A stretch of DNA of 64,000 bases, from the NCBI GenBank assembly GCA_013265495.1, contig MU058793.1:672060-736059 (forward strand), written 5' to 3'. The notes under the pieces were generated by a model. That model was not told where the DNA came from. It did no database searches and saw only the letters and a list, made by a program, of their open reading frames with translations. Both the position numbers and the translations under genes were made by a program. This stretch comes from Vicugna vicugna. Lineage: Eukaryota. Positions 23,640 to 34,248 of this stretch are shown piece by piece; the stretch's first letter is position 1, and every line of letters begins with the position of its first letter.

Positions 23640-24180
23640 GTCTAACTACCAGTTTGCAAGATCAGGGGTTAGAGAAGCATGATAAATGGTGCCATCAGGA
23701 ATCAATCAGCAAAACTTGGAAATCCTATAGGATAAATGGCCTAGTTTCTTCAATGAATAAATGGGAAGGGAATTGTTACAGATTAAAAGAAGAGTTAAGA
23801 ACCATACCAACCAAATGCAATGTGTGGACTTTGATTTGGATCCTAATTTGAGCAAACCAATTAGAGAACATCATTTTGAGATGGTATGAATACTGACTAT
23901 TTGATTATACTAGGAAATTAATGTTAACTTTTTAGATGTGTTAAAGATTTTATGTTTATGTTTTGAAACAATTCTTATCTCTTAGAAATACATGCTGAAG
24001 TATTTATGGATGAGATAATGGGGTATCTGGTATTTGCTTTAAAACCCTTGGGGCAGAGGTGAGGCACATAAGGCAGAGAGGTCAGGATTGATGAAGCCAA
24101 ATGGACTCTGTGTTAACATGACAAGTACATGTTCTCTCTACCTTGTATATGTTTGAAGATTTCCATAACAAAAAGTCTTT
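23640..24180 (+). mobile_element. Ancient L1ME-type 3' end
   Basis: accaaatgcaatgtgtggactttgatttggatcct...catgctgaagtatttatggatg...tatatgtttgaagatttccataacaaaaag. Confidence 0.8.
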
Positions 24181-24199
24181 TCAACTTTCTGAATCAGAA

Positions 24200-25075
24200 A
24201 CATAGGAATCCTTGCTGACCCTTCCCCTCCCTTCTTCCCTGCCTTCCTTCCCTGTCCCATTCAGTCACTATGGCTGGTCTCTTCTACATACTACAAACTG
24301 TCCCCTCTTCACCCAACAGCAACCACTCTGGTCAGACCCTCACTTCTTCTTTCCTGCATTATTACGACAGTCTCCTACTGTTCCCAGTCTCAAAGGTCCT
24401 AGGCCATCATCCTCTCTCCCCACAGAGGAATCTTTCTAAACTGCAAACCTGACCAAGGCACTCCCCTCCTTACAACCCCTCAACGATTCATTTTCACCCA
24501 CCAGGAAAAGTCCAACTGTAACCCACAAGGCTCCTCACGACAATCCCAGCCTCATCTTCCCACCTTGCCTTCAAAGACAGTCGGTTCCAGCAATGCCAGG
24601 CTACTTCTCATTCATTTGATGAGAATTTAATAAGATCCTATTATAAGATGAATACTACGCTAAGCCCCGGGAACACAACAGCAAAAATCACAAAGTCCAA
24701 AAACCTCACAGAACTTACATTCCATTAGGAAAGACAACATATAAATAAACAAGAGATGTTGATAAATAGTGGGTGTATTCACCTACATTCCCCTGAATTT
24801 GCTATGCTCTTAATTTTCTATGTCTTTGCATATGCAGTTGCTTTTATCTGGAATACCTTTCCACAATCAACTCCTTTTATCTGCTGAATGCCCACTCATC
24901 TATTCACCCTTTAAGATTCAGCCCAGCCATTGCTTCTGCTGGGAAACCTACCCTACCTCCCTCAGGCTTGGTTTTTCATCATTATGTCACCAATATTTTC
25001 CACATTGCCTAGGCTAAAGTAGGTTTTTAATAAATGCTGATTTAAAAAAACAAATGAATATATGGATTGATGGAT
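24200..25075 (+). mobile_element. L2 fragments (with an opposite-strand L2 end near 24610-24770)
   Basis: atctttctaaactgcaaacctgacc...; tail aataaatgctgat...gaatatatggattgatggatgga. Confidence 0.65.
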
Positions 25076-25344
25076 GGATTTCTGCCTCTCTTAACTGGCT
25101 TTCTTGGGCTTTTAAGCTGTGAGTGTTAAAAGCAGAGGTTATATCTGAGTATTATTCTATATCCTGAAGCACCTGGGATTATGATGTACATTTTATTAAC
25201 CAAAGTCATTGAAAATGGATATTGGCTTAAAGCAAAAGTTTCCCTACGCCTTTCCAGTGAATTGTATTATGTGCGAGAAAAAAAAAAAGGCTCTACTGTG
25301 AAACACACTGAGTTAAAGAAAAATTATACTGAGCTGTTTTTTTT

Positions 25345-25515
25345 TTTAAACTCCAGGATTTCTCAGAACGTTTAGCATAACAAATTTGCACTGTGACCAT
25401 CCAGAATGAGACTTTATACAATTTTCCAAAACATGTTTGACCAACAGACCCATCTGTTCCAAGGGCATCTCCACAGATTAATGTCTTGAAGAGCCTCTTT
25501 TAGGAAACATTGGTC
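25345..25515. mobile_element. MER112-like hAT-Charlie fragment
   Basis: ttttccaaaacatgtttgacca...ttttaggaaacattgg. Confidence 0.55.
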
Positions 25516-27299
25516 TACCTGATTCTCTACCTAAGAGTTTGCCTTTACTGGTCCATGTGACTTATCCTGAAATAAAGTAATAAAACAGGGCTTTGCAGCA
25601 GTGGCTGTGCAACAGCAGGAAAGTGCTGAAGCTCTCTGTTCCCTTGCCTCCTGGTCTGTTAAGCTATGGCAGCAACACACGCCAAGACTGAATCAGTAGA
25701 ACGGAAAATAATTTACAAGGAGGGGACATAGAGATTTTATTGCTGTAGTGTGTTATTGTCACTGTTTTCTGGCTTTCTCCCTTTCTGTCTTTATTTGGTG
25801 ATCTATACAGTAAAGTTAGCAATGCCTTGGTAATTGAGAAAATGGCATATCAATCAATGCTTGTTAAAACAAATGTACAAAAATGAAAACCTCTAAGGAC
25901 AAAACTCAGTAGCTGCTAAGGCTGCTTCTAGATATGTGAGAAATGAAATAAGAGTAGACTATATGCCATTTGGGAGAAGACAGTTTCTTTTAACACAGTG
26001 GCTTACATTGTTTTCGAGAACACAAAGAATGTAATAAAATACATGCGAATGTGTGATTTTACACATATATATGAATACCCACCTTACACTATCGCATGAG
26101 AAAAAATTGATGAGGGTTTTCTTTTCAGGCTATGTCTTTGTAGCTTAAATGATGACTAATCTTACAGATTAAATCCGATCGCTGGATTATTGATATTAAT
26201 TCTTTCTTTGGCTTGACAGCTGTAGGATGAAAATGTCATAGAAAACACACTGAAATTGACTGAGACCAATTAAGAAGGCAGGACCTGAGCAGACACATAA
26301 AAAATACATCAATCACAGCTCACAGTTTTATTTTCAAGTCAGAATATTTTTGTAACTGGAGAAAGTAACTTTAAAACACGATATTAATAACAGCATTATT
26401 TTACATGGTGATTTATGTAATGATTTAGGTTTTATCCCATTGTTTAAACCTCATCTGTCAACAGATAGTAAAAATTTCTTAAATTCTTTTAAAAAGCACA
26501 ATTTGACCAAGAAATGGTCAGACATGGAGGAAGCTTTATCATCTTCAGAATTTTAAGCCCTGCTTTTAGTTAAAGCTTTTAGTTAAACAAGGACAAATCT
26601 AATCTGGCAATTTGCAAGTAGGCTCATTTCTGTACCCATTCATTAATGCGCTGATTAGAATCATATTGTAGAGTTGGGGGTATCTTAAAGTCAACTCATT
26701 TATGGAAATGTCCATAAATTTAATACATCATTGTTCACACAGAAACAGTCTATAATTGTGGAATGTAGAAAAAAAGAGTAGATTTTAAGCAATCCAGGAT
26801 GGAGGAGCATACAAGTTCCTTGTTACAAAGTTATCTAGACCGAAGTGACAGAACCTAAAATCAGAAGAAGTGAAAGATAGCCAGTATCAGTAGACGGCAG
26901 AGCTGGCAGGTTCCAGCAGACTCGACTTTATCCAAGTGCAGAGAGCAGTGGGAAAGCAGGAAGTGGAGGGGAAGGCAAACAGAAGGAAGTCGCTCGAAGT
27001 AAGATTGGCCATGAGCGGATTATTGTTGAAATGACGTGACTGATACACGGGGATTTACTATTTTTACATTTATGCAAAACTTTTCATGATAAAAAATGTA
27101 AAATATATATATTCGATTTCTAGCCAGAAACATATCAAATTTAAGTGAATAAAAAGGAAATCAAAGGCAAATCAAGTACTATGAAAGGAATATGTTGACT
27201 ATAAAGATGAGGGGAAGGACAAAAACTCTCCAGAGAAAAGAATAAAGCCTGTGTACGAAATAATTAGGAGAAAAGCAGGATGAACTCACCATAACAACA

Positions 27300-27452
27300 A
27301 CAACAAAATGGTCATCACATGAGGTAAAGGATGTGTTAACTCTTGTGGTAAACATTTCACAGTGTACACGTGTAACAAATTGTCACACTATCCACCTGAA
27401 ATGTAGACAGTGTCAGATGTCAGTTCTATCTTAATAAAGCTGGAGGGGAAAG
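27300..27452 (+). mobile_element. L1MA/MB-type 3' terminal fragment
   Basis: ggatgtgttaactcttgtggtaaacatttcacagtgtac...tcttaataaagctgga. Confidence 0.75.
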
Positions 27453-27906
27453 AAAACCAGATAGAGAATGATGCAGATGTGTTGTGATAGATAACATATT
27501 TTTTAACTTCAAGAAAAAACAAACAATTATTATCGAAGAACACGTATATCTGAAAGAGTGCCAAGGAAAATGTACAACAGAAGAGAGACACATTGCTGGG
27601 ACCAAAATTCCAGAAAGTATTTAAATCAAAATTCTCGTGAGAAGGTGAGTGAAGTAAGAGAGGAAATACAAATTCCCATGTGTGAAACGAGAACCTGTGA
27701 TGGCAAAGGGGGCACTTCAGAAAGCTCCAAAGATTCCTTTTCTCTCTAGGATAGCATGTATCCCACCCAGGTCAACCACATTGCTCCTTCTGTGAATAGT
27801 ATTTCTTTTTTTTTCTTTTTTTTTTTTCTTTTGATGTATAGATGGTTTAGAATGTTGTGTTCTGGTATACAGCAAAGTGATTCAGTTATATACATATATT
27901 CTTTTT

Positions 27907-28579
27907 TTCAACATTTTTTATTGAGTTATAATCATTTTACAATGTCGTGTCAAATTCCAGTGAAGAGCGCAATTTTTCAGTTATACATGAACATATGTAT
28001 ATATTCATTGTCACATTTTTTTCTCTGTGAGCTACCATAAGATCTTGTATATATTTCCCTGTGCTATACAGTATAATCTTGTTTATCTATTCTGCATTTT
28101 GAAATCCCACTCTGTCCCTTCCCACCCTCTGCCCTCTTGGCAACCACAAATTTGTATTCTATGTCTATGAGTCTGTTTCTGTTTTGTATTTATGTTTTTG
28201 TTTTTTGTTTTTTTGTTTTTTTCAGATTCCACATAGGAGTGATCTCATACAGGATTTTTCTTTCTCTTTCTGGCTTACTTCATTTAGAATGACATTCTCC
28301 AGGAACATCCATGTTGCTGCAAATGGCGTTATGTTGTCAGTTTTTAATGGCTGAATAGTATTCCATTGTATAAATATACCACAGCTTCTTTATCCAGTCA
28401 TCTGCTGATGGACATTTAGGCTGTTTCCATGTCTTGTCTATTGTAAATAGTGCTGCTATGAACACTGGGGTGCAGGTGTCATTTTGAAGTAGGGTTTCTT
28501 CTGGATATATGCCCAGGAGCGGGATTCCTGGGTCATATGGTAAGTTTATTCCTAGTCTTTTGAGGTATCTCCAGTTTGG
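27907..28579 (-). mobile_element. Nested young L1 3' fragment, same family as 1-629
   Basis: Reverse complement aligns by eye to 1-629; TSD tacatatattcttttt (27891-27906) / tacatatattgttttt (28580-28595). Confidence 0.92.
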
Positions 28580-28950
28580 TACATATATTGTTTTTCAGAT
28601 TCTTCTCCATCCTAGGTTATTACAAGTTATTGAGTATAGTTCCCTGTTGTATATAGTGGGACCTTGTTCTTTATCTGTTTTATATGTAGTAGCATCTGTT
28701 AATCCTAAACTCCTAATTTATTCCTCCCCACCTTTCCCCTTGGATAACCATAAGTTTGGTTTTTTATGTCTGTGAGTCTATTTCTGTTTTGTAAATAAGT
28801 TCATTTGTATCACTTTTTATATTCCACATATAAGTGATAAATGGTATTTGTCTTTTTCTGTCCAACTTCCTTAGTATGATAATCTCTAGGTCCATTTATG
28901 TTGTTACAAATGGCATTATTTCATTCTTTTTTATGGCTGAGTAGTATTCC

Positions 28951-28952
<2 letters not shown>

Positions 28953-28984
<32 letters not shown>
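28953..28984. repeat. (TATC)8 tetranucleotide microsatellite
   Basis: Direct reading. Confidence 0.95.
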
Positions 28985-28987
<3 letters not shown>

Positions 28988-29389
28988 ATATGTATATGTA
29001 TATATACCACATTTTCTTTATGGAATCATCTGTCAATAGACACTTAGGTTCCATGTCTTGGCTATTGTAAATAGTCCTGCTCTGAACATTGGGGCACATG
29101 AATCTTTTTGAGTTAGAGTTTTCTCTGAATATATGGCCAGGAGTGAGATTGCTAGATCATACGGTAACTTCATTTTTAGTTCTTTAAGGTGTGACCTGTA
29201 TTTCTAATACATCCCTCTGCATACTTCTAAGGTCCTATGTCAGGGCAGGGGAGAGATGACATGTACTTCCAGGTTCTACCTCAATAGGTACAGCGAGAAG
29301 ATGACAGGTGTGCTGCTGTGCTGTTTTAAAGCCTTAAGATATTTAGCTTTTGACTTTTTTTTCTGAGTTTTTAGCATATTCCTTGTGAC

Positions 29390-30360
29390 TGGCAGAATAC
29401 CTGGCATCTAGGCATTATTTCTCAATTAATATTTGTTGGATGAATAGAAGAATGAATAGGTGAGTGGATGAGAATAAATGAATGAAGCACAGAATGTTCC
29501 CTGCATGACACCATTTCCACTAGACATTGGGCACATGAGCCATCAGACTGCATCTAATTCCATCCCATCTTGAAATGAACACATCAGGCAATAGATGGCT
29601 TCAGAGTCACCCTCAATTCCTCCCTGTCCTTTATCTTTATTGTCCAATCAGTCCCCAGTGTCAATGCCACCTCCTAAATCTCTCTCAAATCTACCCTCCT
29701 CTTCCATTATCTAGTGAGACCCTAGTTAGACTCTTATCATCTCTCACCTGGACTGTATCCATAGTTTCCTACCAAGTCTTCCTCTCAACCTTTCTTTTCT
29801 CCAATATGATTCTCTTTAATCACAGGTCTATCATGCCTCTTCTCTTATTTAAAATGCCCATGGCTCCCTATAACTCACACGAAAAAAAATCAAAAATCCC
29901 TAGCACAGGAAAGGCTTTCCACAGCCTGAGCTTGGCTTCATTTCCCAAGACTCCCTCCACCCACCCATCCACCAGGTCCCTCTGCTTCCATTATATCCAG
30001 CTCTACTTGTGGGAGTGGTCATGATGGTCTTGCACATGTTTTTCCTCCACCAGAATTCTTTTTTCTCTTTTTCTCTGGCTAGTGCACTACAGATCCTTCC
30101 AGGCCCATTTCCAATGTCACCTCTGAAAAACTTTCTAATCATTCTTTTTCTTCTGTTCCTATTGGTATTTAGGTCATAGGCTTTCGTACCACTTATCTGA
30201 TTATTCTAGAATTATTCATTGACTTGTCCAAATAATAGTGTTTTTCCCACTAAACAATGAGCTCCTAGATGGCAAACATTGATTCTTATTCTGGTCAGGA
30301 TCTCCCATACCCAGCCGGCAACTGACATACAGTAGGTATGCAGTACATGTCTGTTGTATT
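29390..30360 (+). mobile_element. L2 fragments
   Basis: aatatttgttggatgaatagaagaatgaat; ccacctcctaaatctctctcaaatc...catctctcacctggact; tail ctgacatacagtaggtatgcagtacatgtctgttg. Confidence 0.8.
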
Positions 30361-32180
30361 AACATCATTTACATTTGGGAATGAGGTTAAAGGCAGAGAA
30401 GGGAGTGACCCAAGATAGAGTTGAAAGAATGTCATGAAAAATCCACAAGTTTCTTAGAAAAACACAGAGGAAGATATATGAAGTGAACATATAAAGTCCC
30501 TAAATTAGCAAATGTTGGGAATGTAACAAGCTTTTAGGCCAACAATTATTCCACCATTAGGGAAAATGAGAAACTATAATCCCACTGTGATCTAACCTTT
30601 CCCACTCTGTAATATCATTCTATCCCAAAGTAATTTTTTGCCTAATCTGGCAAAAGGAAAAAGTTGATCCAAGAGGAAGATCATGACATTTTGAGACCTG
30701 GGTTGGAAATGAAGGAGGAAGGAAGAAAAGAAAGAAGGATATGAGGGAGGGAAGAAGGGAGACAAGGAAGATCTAAAAAGATAAATGCAATGACCTCATT
30801 GCAATGCAATGACCTACATCAGGAGTTTTATTTACCAAGTTTTGGGGACCCAGTATTTTTCATGGCCCTGCTAATAATAAAAACCAGCCCAAAACACAGA
30901 CACCAAATTGCAGTGAAGTGACCTCTTCCGTCTCCTTGTTTCCTTCTTTGCTAAAATGTCCTTGATTTGCCCCCATTAATTGCACACCAGTTCTTCTAAC
31001 ATACAGAATACCTTCTAAATTACCCACGAGTATAAGCAATAATGTAGTATGTGAGCTGAATGAAATACTCAGCTCCTCAAAGCTCCCCAAATACTGTCTT
31101 TCAAAAGTGATCCACTATTTTCTTAGCTTGAATAGTCTTTTCAGACTAACCTCAGTGACTACCAAAACAGTTTAATGTTATTAGAATGTCATCAAGTTTC
31201 ATTATGTTTAATAAGAGATGGTGACAAGAGATAATTTTAAATACATTTTCACCAAAATTAAAATCACAAGTTGTAGAATTAATCCTAGAAGTGTCAGTTA
31301 TAATGTGATGTAATTTCAGTCTTCTTAAACTTATTCTCGTTAGCGACTCTGGTGTGAAGCTTTAGTAATAAAATTATAAATGTGGCAAAGGAGCTAAGAT
31401 CTCAAATACCCATCTTCATTCTCGATAATGAAAACCGTGGTTTGCCTCATCAATTTATTTGCCACTTTAAATGGATTATCTAAAGGAAATTGATTGACAT
31501 GATCAAATATCTCATTGTCTACTCATCACTCAGTGTATATTCATCAAATATTTATCCACAGAACATTGTTGGTGGGCTCAGTGTTAACTAACGAGAAAGG
31601 TAAAAGACGTCACATGCTCATTTTCCCCATTCTCTGTAACTAACGCAAAGAATAACTTGGAAAAAATATAAAATTAAATGTGATTTGTCTTTATTTATTC
31701 ATATTCTGTTTCATGTTCAAAAAAATATTTGAGTTTCCTTTAAAAAAATACCTGAAATACAAGAGTATAAGACAAAGAATAAACTAGGATGAAAGAAAAC
31801 ATATGGTCAGGGGAACATACAGAGGTGAACTGTAAATGAGGCAGAGAGCTCCCTGCAGGCCAAAGCAAAGCACGCGCACACACACACACGCCAGTTGCTT
31901 AGAGAATGCCAAGCCTTTCTGGAACTAAAACTCAAGTGATGCTTTCATGGAACATGTAAAGGGATGCTGTATAGTTTCCTTGACAACATCATATCTGTAT
32001 CTGGTGAGGTCGTGAGTTTCATGGAACTTAGCTGATGGCAGAGTGGTAACAAGAGTCCAAAGCCACATGGGCTAAGCTTGCTGCCTTCTAATCCTCATCC
32101 TGGACCTCATCATCTAGTTGGGGGTCTCCGAGGAGTCCAGTCAGAATTACAGCCCACGTGATAAGAACTATGGTAGTCGC

Positions 32181-32323
32181 CTTTAGAGAGAAAAAGAATG
32201 TGAGGCGAATATAATTATGTGTGTGCATGGCTGGGACAGTGTACTGTGTACCAGAGCTTGACACACTGTCGTTGATTGTACTTCAGTAAATAAGTAAATA
32301 AACAGATAAATAAATAAATAAAT
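32181..32323 (+). mobile_element. 143-bp severely 5'-truncated young L1 with (TAAA)n tail
   Basis: Perfect 17-bp TSD agaactatggtagtcgc at 32164-32180 and 32324-32340; L1 3' UTR-like agagaaaaagaatgtgag...ctgtgtaccagagcttgacacactgt. Confidence 0.9.
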
Positions 32324-32434
32324 AGAACTATGGTAGTCGCATGTACAAGGTATGAAAGTGCAAAGAAAGAGGTGGCCCTTGAGCAAAATCATAAAGGAGG
32401 ATGAGGAGTTAGCTTAGACTAAAAGAAGCAAACC

Positions 32435-32700
32435 AGTAGGGCAGTCAAATCTCACAGTCAGCTGTATTAAAAAAATTTAAACTAGTTGCTAATATTTAAG
32501 GATTCAGATTTCCCATTTCTCCAAAAAAAAAAGTTTGAAGGTTTGTCAGCCTAGAGCCCACATTCCTGTGTGACAAACATTGGCTGAGATCAAGCAGTGG
32601 ACCTTTCTTTAGATACAGTGAGGACCCTCCAGCTTGTCCCAAACCCCACCCAATCCACTTCGCTCATTAGATTACCTTCCTTAGCCCCATAGACATTCAA
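32435..32700. mobile_element. MER102-like hAT-Charlie element
   Basis: gcccacattcctgtgtgacaaacattggctgagatcaagcagtgg...ctccagcttgtcccaaaccccacc. Confidence 0.65.
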
Positions 32701-33479
32701 GGAATACGTGAAGGAAAGGTTTCAGCTCATGCAAAGGTATGAGACAGCACAGTACCTTGGGGAAACTGGAGTGAAATTGTGTGTAGGGGTGATGGAGAAG
32801 AGGCTAGGTCGCCAGCAAAAGCCAGATGCTATTCAAGACAGTATTTACGACAAGCAGAATAATATTTGTCACACCTGTTCTTTATTCACATGGTCCATTG
32901 ACTCCACTTGCTGGGAGAAGCTCTTAGCATCTAATTGTTGCTATGGTGATAGATCTTTAATGGAGAGACTCGACTAAGTATTTAACACACTTCTCTGCAA
33001 GAGGTTCCTTAGGAATATAAGCATTCAAAGACTTACATTCGGATCTCTCTACTGAAACAGGGTGGGTTCTTCACTTGAATGTAACAGTCATAAATGATCC
33101 CTAAGAATCGGTGTCTGTTGGATATGTCCTCTGTATCTGGAAACCCACACTGTGGTGAATCTTCCTCACTCCTTCCTGCAGACTCAATGCTCATTGCAAA
33201 GACTCCCTCCTACATGAAGCCATCTGCTTTTCACCTACCTAGGGGTGATCTATATCCCCTTTGAATTCCTTGTGGCTCTCAGTGCTTGGTATCTTTATAT
33301 CACAGTTATTTGAGCATACATTTCCTCCCTTATTTGATTGTTGAGATTTTTGCAGAAAAGAATATCAAAATACTTCCAGAATAAGAGCATGTGTCTTCAG
33401 TTATGTCCTTCTGCACCCTGTATACTTGTAACACCAACCCCATTCAGTCCACAAACCGTGACTGTCCCTGTTCTGGGCA

Positions 33480-33900
33480 CCGAAGAACCACATTCTAAAA
33501 GACCAAGAAAACGGTCCTTCTCTAAACGAATTTACATTCTGGAAGAGAGATGTCTTTTATAAAATCATCTCAGATGTTGATAAGGACACGAGATGCAGTG
33601 GAATAAAGGACAGTGGTTGGGACAGGGATGCCCACTTGGACATGGGGTATTAGACCTCTGTGAAGACTTGTCATTTGGGCTGAGACCCAAATAAATTGTG
33701 AGAAGGAGAAACCAGTCATGGGAACATCTGAGGGCAAAGTGTTCCAGGCAGAAGGACGGCAAAGTCAATGGTCCAGAAGTAGGAACAATCTTGGTGAGTT
33801 TGCAGAACAGAAAAGAGGTCAAAGTGGCTGGAGGGTAGTGAGGGAGGGAGAGAGAAACAGGAGGTGAGGCCAGAGAAGTGAGCACTTCATCACCCTGTAG
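33480..33900 (-). mobile_element. L2 fragment
   Basis: tttgggctgagaccca...gttccaggcagaagg...ggtcaaagtggctggagggtagtgagggagg. Confidence 0.8.
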
Positions 33901-33911
33901 ACTAACTAGAC

Positions 33912-34248
33912 CAGGGGTCAGCAAGGTATGGCCCACGGATCAAATCCAATCCACCATCTGTTTTTGTATGGCTGTGAGCTAAGAATGATTTTCACATGTT
34001 TGATTAGTTGGGGGAAAAAAATCAAAATAAAAATATTTCATGACATGTGAAAATTATATAAAATTCAAATTTCAGTAACTGTAAACAAAGATTTATTGGA
34101 ACATAGCCATGTACATTCATTTATGTATGGTCTGTGGTTGCTTTCATCCTACAACAGCAGTTGAACAGTTACGACAAAGACCATATGGTGCACAAAGCCT
34201 AAGATGTTTACTGTCTGGTCCTGTACAGAAAAAGTTTTCCAGCCCTTG
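33912..34248. mobile_element. MER58B-like hAT-Charlie element
   Basis: CAGGGGTCAGCAA...TTCCAGCCCTTG termini; perfect 8-bp TSD aactagac at 33904-33911 and 34249-34256. Confidence 0.92.

Larger units (their letters stand above)
27807..29189 (-). mobile_element. 5'-truncated L1 hosting a younger L1
   Basis: Poly-T tail near 27807-27830; reverse ORF2 end; degenerate TSD tgtgaatagtatttct (27791-27806) / tgtgacctgtatttct (29190-29205). Confidence 0.9.

Noticed and set aside
26950..27110. Apparent promoter motifs (GGAAGT, ATTGG, TGACGT)
   Set aside because: aagattggccatgag...tttcatgataaaaaatg matches a decayed ancient L1ME 3' end, so the motifs are probably incidental
29575..30024. Longest ORF (149 aa)
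   Set aside because: Lies in a decayed L2; L/S/P-rich composition reflects CT-rich repeat DNA; no recognisable domain
32164..32340. Direct repeats flanking a spacer, CRISPR-like at first glance
   Set aside because: Only two copies around an L1 fragment with a tail: a target-site duplication. Eukaryotic context, no cas genes
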